DNA from: an uncultured bacterium
GTDB lineage: Bacteria; SAR324; NAC60-12
Direction of reading: 5' to 3'
Assembly (NCBI GenBank): GCA_965662235.1
Contig: CBFIGY010000049.1
Location: 1-13,858 of the forward strand
DNA: 13,858 nucleotides
This document shows positions 7,160-13,858 of the stretch, piece after piece; within the stretch, counting starts at the first letter, position 1, and the number at the start of each line of letters is the position of its first letter. Both the position numbers and the translations under genes were made by a program. Under the pieces are notes generated by a model. The model was given only the letters and a program-made list of their open reading frames with translations, ran no database searches and was not told where the DNA came from.

Positions 7160-8500
7160 ATGACTTCCATTGAACAATGGATTGCCGAGCACAAGATCAG
7201 CGAAGTCGAGTGCCTCATCCCTGACATCACGGGCATTGCTCGCGGCAAGATCATGCCCGCCCGCAAGTTTCTCAAAAACGAAGGCCTCCGGCTTCCAGAA
7301 GCCGTGTTCCTGCAAACCGTTACCGGGCAGTGGCTCGATTACAACGACCTCTACCGCGTTGATCCGGCAGAGATCGACATGCAGCTGCAGCCGGACCCAG
7401 AGACCATCTGCCTTGTTCCCTGGGTTGATGAACCCACGGCTCAGGTCATCCACGACTGCTTTCACCACGATGGCATGCCTGTGGAGCTTTCCCCCCGGAA
7501 CCTCCTGCGACGCATCCTCCGGATGTATGAAGAACGCAACCTCCAGCCGGTCGTTGCCCCTGAGCTTGAGTTTTACCTGACCCGAATCAACAAGGATCCG
7601 GACTACCCGCTCTCGCCACCCGTCGGCCGCTCCGGACGTCCAGAAGCCACCGGTCAGTTCTACGGCATTGACGCGCTCAATGAGTTTGACCCGATCTTTG
7701 AGGACATGTATGAGTACTGCGAGGCGCAGGAGCTGGAAATTGATGCCCTGACGCATGAAGCCGGAAGCGCCCAGATGGAGATCAACTTCCTCCACGGGGA
7801 CCCGATGCGGCTCGCGGATCACGTCTACCTCTTCAAGCGGACCATGCGGGAGACAGCGTTCCGGCACAAGGTCTATGCGACCTTCATGGCCAAGCCCATG
7901 TCCGACCAGCCCGGAAGCTCGTTGCACATCCACCAGTCGGTGGTGGACAAAAAAACTGGGAAGAACCTCTTTTCCAAGGAAAACGGGAACAACTCGCCGG
8001 AGTTCCTTTCCTACATTGCCGGGCTGCAGAAGTACCTGCCTCAGGCCATGCCCATGCTGGGCCCCAACGTCAACTCCTACCGACGCATCTACCCTGACAA
8101 CTCGGCGCCCATCAATGTGCAGTGGGGAGTCGACAACCGCACCGTCGGCCTCCGGGTTCCTGTCAGTGAAGCGGCCAATCGACGTGTGGAAAACCGGCTT
8201 GCCGGCGCCGACGTCAACCCCTACCTCGCCATTGCGACCAGTCTGGGATGCGGGCTGATGGGCATCATTGAAGGCCTGACGCCAACGGAGCCTGTCCGGG
8301 GCAGCGCCTATGAGTTTGACTTCGAATTGCCACGGAGCTTAGAGGAGGCGCTCCGGGAAATGGAAGACGCCGAGAAGCTGCAGGAACTGTTTGGGGAGAA
8401 GTTTGTGAAGGTCTACTGTGCCATCAAACGCACCGAATTTGAGGCGTTTTACAAGGTCATCAGCACTTGGGAGCGGGAGTACCTGCTCCTGAACGTTTAA
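7160..8500 (+). CDS. Glutamine synthetase-family protein, probably gamma-glutamyl-polyamine (putrescine) ligase, SpuB/PauA/PuuA-like
   Basis: 446 aa with EVECLIPDITGIARGK, LRLPEAVFLQTVTG, APELEFYL, HEAGSAQMEIN, ATFMAKP...PGSSLHIHQS, NVNSYRR, WGVDNRTVGLRVP, RVENRLAGADVNPYL and terminal VISTWEREYLLLNV. This pattern recalls the Pseudomonas SpuB type rather than canonical GlnA. Confidence 0.88.
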   Translation: MTSIEQWIAEHKISEVECLIPDITGIARGKIMPARKFLKNEGLRLPEAVFLQTVTGQWLDYNDLYRVDPAEIDMQLQPDPETICLVPWVDEPTAQVIHDCFHHDGMPVELSPRNLLRRILRMYEERNLQPVVAPELEFYLTRINKDPDYPLSPPVGRSGRPEATGQFYGIDALNEFDPIFEDMYEYCEAQELEIDALTHEAGSAQMEINFLHGDPMRLADHVYLFKRTMRETAFRHKVYATFMAKPMSDQPGSSLHIHQSVVDKKTGKNLFSKENGNNSPEFLSYIAGLQKYLPQAMPMLGPNVNSYRRIYPDNSAPINVQWGVDNRTVGLRVPVSEAANRRVENRLAGADVNPYLAIATSLGCGLMGIIEGLTPTEPVRGSAYEFDFELPRSLEEALREMEDAEKLQELFGEKFVKVYCAIKRTEFEAFYKVISTWEREYLLLNV

Positions 8501-8793
8501 TCCCGCGGGCAGGGATACGTTCCAGGGGGAATGACAAGTCCCGGCTCCAGAGGAAGGGACTGGGTCTGGTCGTTTTCAAAGTACACGATCGCCTGCTGAG
8601 CACTGACCACAACCATCACCGGGCGGGTCCGGGTCCAGGCTTGGTTCTGGTCATAAGGCTCCGTGTAGGCCAAGCGGCAGAGGTACGACGCTTCCCGCAG
8701 CGGCTTGTACGGATAAAGAGGATCCGGTGCTGCAGACGGAGCGCAGGCGGTCAGCCCCAGCAGAGGCACCCCCCACCAGACGCTCAGGCGCAT
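8497..8793 (-). CDS. Small putative lipoprotein of unknown function
   Basis: 98 aa ORF that fills the gap between two real genes; signal-peptide-II-like N-terminus MRLSVWWGVPLLG-LTA|C17; start overlaps the upstream gene end by 10 nt; stop shares TTAA (8497-8500) with the convergent GS-family stop. Confidence 0.7.
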   Translation of the reverse strand: MRLSVWWGVPLLGLTACAPSAAPDPLYPYKPLREASYLCRLAYTEPYDQNQAWTRTRPVMVVVSAQQAIVYFENDQTQSLPLEPGLVIPPGTYPCPRD

Positions 8794-9563
8794 TCTGCTT
8801 CAGAGGCTTCCGGCTCCGAGGCTTCCGGAGGCAGGAACAGCAGGCGCTGGCAGTGCGGGCAGTTCTTCGGGGTCTCCGGATCGGCAATCATCTCATTGAC
8901 CAGCTGCGGCGGAATGACCATGTTGCAGCCGGTGCAGCCCCACTCGCCTGAAGCCCCCTTCTTGGTGGGGTCCGACTTCGAGACGGCGCAGATCGGTTTG
9001 GTCTGTCCGCGCTCCAAAAACTTCTCATAAAATTTGCGGATGCGGCCGGGGATCTTCTGCAGCAGAGCCTGCTGTTGCGCCTGGAGCTCGTCCAGCCCAG
9101 CTTGCAGGGCATCACGCTGCTGCTGAAGCTCAGCGGTCTGTCCTTCAAACTCGGCTTGCATCGTCTCGGCGGTGCTCCGGAGGGTGCTGAGGCGCTCAGC
9201 AATCTCTTCACGGCGGATCTCAATCTCCAGCTGCACCTCCTCAATCTGTCCGCGGTGCTTGCGGCCTTCTTCGAGCTGCTTCTTGCTGGCAACAAATTCC
9301 TTCTCGTTGCGGATGAGCGGAACCTGCGTTTCCAGCTTGTTGATGAAATCATCCTGAAGCGCAATCTTGCCCTTCAGTTCCGTGCTCTGTTGCTCCAGAG
9401 TGTCATGCTGCTTTTGCAGGTTTTCACACTCACGGAGTTGCTGGTCAAGGGCGGCGCGGGCGGTGTCGATCTGAAGGTCCAGCTGACGGACCTGCGAAAG
9501 GGTCTGGTAGATGCCCTGATCCGTGGTCGCAAGGTCGATGAAAGGGGAAATCGGCGAAGACAT
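8784..9563 (-). CDS. Coiled-coil protein with C4-type zinc ribbon (COG1579/DUF164; HP0958- and CT398-like)
   Basis: Long heptad-rich helical region with IRNEKEF hairpin-tip motif, then CTGCNMVIPPQLVNEM...CPHCQRLLF. Start placed at the second Met (9563) because GGAG lies 6 nt upstream; the ORF track start at 9575 is the alternative. Confidence 0.88.
   Translation of the reverse strand: MSSPISPFIDLATTDQGIYQTLSQVRQLDLQIDTARAALDQQLRECENLQKQHDTLEQQSTELKGKIALQDDFINKLETQVPLIRNEKEFVASKKQLEEGRKHRGQIEEVQLEIEIRREEIAERLSTLRSTAETMQAEFEGQTAELQQQRDALQAGLDELQAQQQALLQKIPGRIRKFYEKFLERGQTKPICAVSKSDPTKKGASGEWGCTGCNMVIPPQLVNEMIADPETPKNCPHCQRLLFLPPEASEPEASEAECA
8800..8829. repeat. 15-bp tandem duplication encoding PEASE x2
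   Basis: TCAGAGGCTTCCGGC / TCCGAGGCTTCCGGA, 13 of 15 identical, in the acidic C-terminal tail of the zinc-ribbon protein. Confidence 0.6.
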
Positions 9564-9737
9564 GCGTGACTCCATGGGAAGGGCCTATACGGCGTGAGCA
9601 AAATAATCAATTATGCCGATGCGTTTGAGAAGTTGCAATCTGAGAAACCAGATTTTCCCCCAACGCCCATCCTTCTCCAGAAGCCAACTCCTCCGCCTCA
9701 TCGAGACGTGTTCTCCGGCGGGTTCCGAAACCCCGTC

Positions 9738-9765
9738 TGGACAATCCTGTGGCTCCTGCTAGCAT
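9738..9765 (+). promoter_or_regulatory. Candidate sigma70 promoter of the hslVU operon
   Basis: TGGACA (9738-9743), 16 nt spacer, TAGCAT (9760-9765) with extended -10 TG at 9757-9758. Confidence 0.4.
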
Positions 9766-9821
9766 GGGAAACCAGTATCGTTTGCAAGATCCAATCGTGA
9801 ATTGAGGAATCAACCCATCCC

Positions 9822-10343
9822 ATGACAACCATCCTCTGCGTCCGCAAAGACGGGCATGTGGTGATGGCCGGAGACGGTCAGGTGACGCTGGGCAACACCG
9901 TGATGAAGCCCACTGCCCGCAAGGTGCGCCGCACTTATGATGACCAGGTGCTCGCCGGATTTGCCGGTGCCACGGCTGATGCCTTTACCCTCTTTGAAAA
10001 ATTTGATGAGAAGCTCGACCAGTACAATGGCAAACTGGTCCGGTCAGCAGTGGAGATGGCAAAGGAGTGGCGCACCGACAAGATGCTCCGGAACCTCGAG
10101 GCCTTGCTGGCGGTTTGCAATGCCGAAGCGTCTCTCATCATTTCTGGAAACGGAGACGTGATTGAGCCCGATGATGGACTCATCGGCATTGGCTCCGGGG
10201 GCATGTACGCCCTGGCGGCGGCCCGGGCCCTGATGGACTCCTCGCTCTCTGCCCGTGAAGTCGCGGAACGCTCCATGCGCATTGCCGCAGAAATCTGCAT
10301 CTACACCAACTCCAACCTCGTCGTCGAAGAACTGGAAGTCTGA
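9822..10343 (+). CDS. hslV: ATP-dependent protease peptidase subunit HslV (ClpQ)
   Basis: N-terminal Thr nucleophile [62 protein letters not shown]. Confidence 0.98.
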   Translation: MTTILCVRKDGHVVMAGDGQVTLGNTVMKPTARKVRRTYDDQVLAGFAGATADAFTLFEKFDEKLDQYNGKLVRSAVEMAKEWRTDKMLRNLEALLAVCNAEASLIISGNGDVIEPDDGLIGIGSGGMYALAAARALMDSSLSAREVAERSMRIAAEICIYTNSNLVVEELEV

Positions 10344-11686
10344 TGGACGTTTCTAATCTGCCGAACCAAACGCCTCGGGAAACCGTCTCCGCCTTGGACC
10401 AGTACATTGTCGGGCAGCAGGAGGCCAAGAAAGCGGTCGCGGTCGCCCTCCGGAACCGCTGGCGCCGCCTTCAGCTTCCGGACGAATTGAAGGATGAGGT
10501 TCTGCCCAAGAACATCATCATGATTGGGCCCACCGGCGTGGGGAAAACTGAAATCGCCCGGCGCATTGCCCGCTTGGTGGCAGCCCCGTTCATCAAGGTC
10601 GAAGCGTCAAAGTTCACGGAAGTCGGCTACGTCGGTCGCGATGTTGAGTCGATGATCCGGGACCTTGCCGAAGCGTCTGTCGTGATGGTCCGGCAGGAGC
10701 AAACGGAACGCAAGCAGGCTGAAGCGGAAGCCGCTGTGGAAGAACGCCTCCTTGACCTGCTGCTGCCTCCTTCCGGAAGCGAATCCGACGAAGATGCTCC
10801 GAATCCCACCCGGGAGAAGTTCCGACAGAAGCTCCGGGACGGGGTACTGGAAGACAAGCTCGTCGAGTTGGACGTTCCGGAAACAGCGCGCGGTCCCATC
10901 ATGGAGTTCATGCCGCTGTCAGCCAATGACAACATGGACATGAACCTCCGGGACATGCTTTCCAACCTGATGCCGAAGAAGACCAAGCGGCGCAAGATCA
11001 ACATTGCGGACGCCCGGAAGGTGCTGCAGCAGGAAGAGGTGGGCAAGCTCATTGACATGGAAGAGGTCACACGCGAGTCCGTCCGACGGGTGGAGCAGTC
11101 CGGAATTGTCTTCCTTGATGAGGTGGACAAGGTCGCGGCCCGGCGAGGAAACTACGGGGGCCCGGACGTTTCCCGAGAAGGCGTCCAGCGTGACCTGTTG
11201 CCCATTGTTGAAGGTTCCACCGTCAACACCAAGTATGGTCCCATCCGGACGGAGCACATCCTCTTCATTGCCGCAGGCGCGTTTCACCTCGCTAAGCCGT
11301 CGGACCTGATTCCGGAGCTGCAGGGCCGGTTCCCCATTCGGGTGGAACTGGAGGCGCTGACGCAGGAAGACTTTGTGCGCATCCTCACGGAGCCGCAGAA
11401 CGCCCTCATCAAGCAGTACACGGAGCTGCTGAAGACGGAAGGGGTGACCCTGGAGTTTACGGATGAGGCGATTCAGACCATTGCTGAGATTGCACGGAGC
11501 ATCAATGAGGAGTCGGAAAACATCGGAGCCCGCCGACTCCACACCATTTTGGAACAACTTTTGGAAGAAGTAAGCTTTGAGGCGCCGGACCTCTCCGGGC
11601 AGACGATCACCATCACCCCGGATTACATTCAGGGGCGCCTGAAGGACTTACTCAAACACCAGGACCTTAGTCGCTACATCCTCTGA
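10343..11686 (+). CDS. hslU: ATP-dependent protease ATPase subunit HslU (ClpY)
   Basis: Walker A GPTGVGKT, pore loop GYVG, Walker [44 protein letters not shown]-terminal DLSRYIL; TGATG overlap with hslV. Confidence 0.98.
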   Translation: MDVSNLPNQTPRETVSALDQYIVGQQEAKKAVAVALRNRWRRLQLPDELKDEVLPKNIIMIGPTGVGKTEIARRIARLVAAPFIKVEASKFTEVGYVGRDVESMIRDLAEASVVMVRQEQTERKQAEAEAAVEERLLDLLLPPSGSESDEDAPNPTREKFRQKLRDGVLEDKLVELDVPETARGPIMEFMPLSANDNMDMNLRDMLSNLMPKKTKRRKINIADARKVLQQEEVGKLIDMEEVTRESVRRVEQSGIVFLDEVDKVAARRGNYGGPDVSREGVQRDLLPIVEGSTVNTKYGPIRTEHILFIAAGAFHLAKPSDLIPELQGRFPIRVELEALTQEDFVRILTEPQNALIKQYTELLKTEGVTLEFTDEAIQTIAEIARSINEESENIGARRLHTILEQLLEEVSFEAPDLSGQTITITPDYIQGRLKDLLKHQDLSRYIL

Positions 11687-12603
11687 TGGAACGAACCCGG
11701 GATCAGGGCGTTGATTACGCCACGATGGTGCTGCATCTGGAGAACCAACTCAACTGGCTCCGGAAGCAGGGTTGTACCCACCTCAACCTTGAAGAGATGC
11801 CCCAAGCGGAGCTGCACAAGCTCCTCGAAGGCGTCTACCGCATTGTCCCGGAGGGCAAAGCGGCCGAAGCGCCACAGCCACCGCAGCAGCCTGAAGCCCT
11901 GCAGGAGCAGATCCGGGAGTTGAGCGAACAGCTCGGAGTGGAACCTCAGCCCACGCCTCCTCCGCACGATGACCTCCCTGCTCCCCCGTTTCTGTCCGCC
12001 TCCTCTTCCCCCGAGCCTCCGGCTTCCTCAACGGCGAATGCCACCACCCTTCAGGCCCTTCAGCAGTCGTATCACAACTGCCAGCGCTGCGCCTTGGGTG
12101 GAACCCGGACCAACCTCGTGTTTGGAGAAGGCAATGCGCGGGCGCGTCTGCTGTTCCTAGGAGAAGGTCCCGGCGCCGACGAGGACGCCAGCGGGCGCCC
12201 GTTTGTGGGACGCGCGGGGAAGCTCCTGAGCAAGATGATTTTGTCCATGGGCATCGACCGCCCGGACGTTTACATCACCAACGTTGTCAAGTGCCGCCCT
12301 CCCGGAAACCGGAACCCCGAGGCCGGGGAAGTCGCCAAGTGCTTTCCGATCCTTGAGCAGCAGATTGCCTTGATCAACCCCGCCCTGATTGTCACCCTCG
12401 GCAACGTTCCCACACGGGCTCTCATTCCGGACATCCCGGGCATCACCAAGGTCCGCGGCAAGACCCTGAGCTACCACGGACGCACCGTGCTGCCGACCTT
12501 TCACCCGGCCTACCTCCTCCGCAACCGCAGCGCCTTCGAGTTGGCGTGGCAGGACTTCCGGACGGCGGCGCAACTTGCTTTCTCTCCCTCCAGTCCCGCA
12601 TGA
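11686..12603 (+). CDS. Uracil-DNA glycosylase family 4 ([4Fe-4S]) with an ~120 aa N-terminal extension
   Basis: CQRC, VFGEG, motif A GEGPGADED, PFVGRAGKLL, NVVKCRPPGNRNP, fourth Cys in AKCFP, motif B FHPAYLLR; TGATG overlap with hslU. Confidence 0.93.
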   Translation: MERTRDQGVDYATMVLHLENQLNWLRKQGCTHLNLEEMPQAELHKLLEGVYRIVPEGKAAEAPQPPQQPEALQEQIRELSEQLGVEPQPTPPPHDDLPAPPFLSASSSPEPPASSTANATTLQALQQSYHNCQRCALGGTRTNLVFGEGNARARLLFLGEGPGADEDASGRPFVGRAGKLLSKMILSMGIDRPDVYITNVVKCRPPGNRNPEAGEVAKCFPILEQQIALINPALIVTLGNVPTRALIPDIPGITKVRGKTLSYHGRTVLPTFHPAYLLRNRSAFELAWQDFRTAAQLAFSPSSPA

Positions 12604-13858
12604 GTTCTGTTGACCTGCAGCCTGTAAAGGGCACCCGTGACTTTTACCCCGACCAGATGCGTCTGCGGACTTGGCTCTTTCAGGCGTGGCGCAAGGCTGC
12701 CGAACAAGCGGGATTTGAAGAATACGACACCTGTGTGCTGGAGCACGAGGACCTCTACATCCGCAAGGCTGGAGATGAGATCACCCAACAGCTCTACAAC
12801 TTTGAAGACAAGGGGGGACGGCGCCTGAGCCTGCGTCCGGAGATGACGCCCTCACTTGCACGGATGATTCTTCAGCACCAAAAGTCCCTGACCTTTCCTC
12901 TGAAGTGGTTCTCGATCCCGCAGTGCTTCCGGTACGAACGGATGACCAAGGGCCGGCGACGGGAGCACTTTCAGTGGAACTCGGACCTCATTGGCGAAGC
13001 CGGACCAAGTGCCGAAGCGGAAATTTTCCTGCTCCTCATCAGCGCCTTTGAACAACTCGGACTCGGCGCCTCTGACATCCGCATCTTTGTCAACGACCGC
13101 CGCATCCTCAACGGCATTCTCGCCCAGTTGGAAGTTCCGGAAGCAAGTCGAGACGCCGTGCTGGTGGTGCTGGACAAACGAGACAAGATTTCGGCACAGG
13201 CTCTGGCAGACCTACTTCAGGAGCAAGGCCTGAATTCCGGACAGATCACGGAGCTGCAGACCTTCTTGGATTGCCCCACACTGGAGGCACTCGCTGAACA
13301 ATTGCAGCATCCGGAGGTGCTGGAGCCGCTTCAACAGGTCCTTGCCCTGATGCAGGACACCGGCATGGGCGCGTACCTGCAGTTCGACATTTCCATTGTC
13401 CGTGGGCTTTCCTACTACACCGGGACCGTGTTCGAGGTCAACAGTCCAGACAAGGCTCACCGTGCCATTTGTGGCGGAGGGCGTTACGACTCCCTGCTGT
13501 CCACTTACGGCGGTGAGACCATTCCCGCGGTGGGCTTCGGTTTTGGAGACGTCGTCATTCTGGATGTGCTTGAGGCACAGGAAAAGCTTCCGTCTCTGCA
13601 GCAGTCCCTGGACGCGATGATCCTCCCCTTCTCTGCAGAGCAAACTGGGCTGGCACTTCGACTGGCGACAGACCTCCGGAGCCAAGGCCTTCACATTCAC
13701 TGCAACCTCGCCTTGAAGAAGATGAAGCGGGCTCTGCAGCAGGCGGATGAATCCGGAGCGCGTTACGCCATTCTCCTTTTCCCTGAGGAGCTGGAACGGG
13801 GAGAAGTTGTCGTCCGGGACATGAAGAGCCGGGAGCAAGCAAACGTCGCTCAAGCCGA
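12600..13858 (+). CDS. hisS: Histidine--tRNA ligase; 3' end runs just off the window
   Basis: Manual translation from ATG at 12600 (ATGA overlap with udg): MSSVDLQPVKGTRDFYP, LSLRPEMTPSLAR, motif 2 CFRYERMTKGRRREHFQWNSD, HisA VRGLSYYTGTVFE, HisB GGGRYD, AVGFGFGD, and anticodon-domain end ELERGEVVVRDM. Missing from the ORF track because there is no stop in the window. Confidence 0.97.
   Translation, partial: MSSVDLQPVKGTRDFYPDQMRLRTWLFQAWRKAAEQAGFEEYDTCVLEHEDLYIRKAGDEITQQLYNFEDKGGRRLSLRPEMTPSLARMILQHQKSLTFPLKWFSIPQCFRYERMTKGRRREHFQWNSDLIGEAGPSAEAEIFLLLISAFEQLGLGASDIRIFVNDRRILNGILAQLEVPEASRDAVLVVLDKRDKISAQALADLLQEQGLNSGQITELQTFLDCPTLEALAEQLQHPEVLEPLQQVLALMQDTGMGAYLQFDISIVRGLSYYTGTVFEVNSPDKAHRAICGGGRYDSLLSTYGGETIPAVGFGFGDVVILDVLEAQEKLPSLQQSLDAMILPFSAEQTGLALRLATDLRSQGLHIHCNLALKKMKRALQQADESGARYAILLFPEELERGEVVVRDMKSREQANVAQA

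Noticed and set aside
7139..7933. 264 aa minus-strand ORF
   Set aside because: Antisense shadow of the GS-family gene.
9596..9622. Second sigma28 promoter (GCCGATGC at 9615) upstream of hslV
   Set aside because: Position 15 nt upstream reads GAGC, not TAAA.
9564..9821. RNase P RNA or heat-shock operators (CIRCE, HAIR) near the COG1579 gene and hslV
   Set aside because: No rnpB conserved GAGGAAAGTCC segment and no CIRCE or HAIR inverted repeat; only a weak imperfect hairpin near 9717-9737.
9594..9828. 68 aa and 73 aa ORFs in the zinc-ribbon/hslV intergenic region
   Set aside because: Non-ATG or overlapping starts, no convincing RBS or motif; the region is better explained as a divergent promoter region.
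13212..13853. 213 aa minus-strand ORF and short ORFs in 12637-13842
   Set aside because: Shadows of hisS, which is open from 12600 to the window end.
1..13858. Scarcity of CTAG (about 9 seen by eye)
   Set aside because: CTAG avoidance is widespread in bacteria and not specific to this window.

Overview
GC-rich (about 60% by eye) bacterial chromosomal window of mostly core genes, with no transposase, integrase, CRISPR array, rRNA or tRNA that I can see. Left, minus strand: pirin -> long-type acyl-CoA dehydrogenase -> fadB (runs off the left edge, missed by the ORF track). Divergent from these is a stand-alone, sequence-divergent flagellin with its own sigma28 promoter, a CsrA-type site over the RBS and an intrinsic terminator. 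Next come a SpuB/PauA-like gamma-glutamyl-polyamine ligase (GS family) and a convergent pair (COG1579 coiled-coil/C4 zinc-ribbon protein plus an unknown small lipoprotein). The window ends with a start/stop-overlapped operon hslV-hslU-udg(family 4)-hisS (hisS runs off the right edge, also missed by the ORF track). A deltaproteobacteria-like host, possibly SAR324, is my tentative inference. The most unexpected signal is strong over-representation of the palindrome TCCGGA (about 37 copies by manual count versus about 4-5 expected from base composition). Other leads are a promoter-plus-terminator short RNA or attenuator in the pirin leader, the pirin/beta-oxidation linkage and the atypical flagellin. 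I cannot demonstrate a wholly new multi-gene system from the sequence alone.
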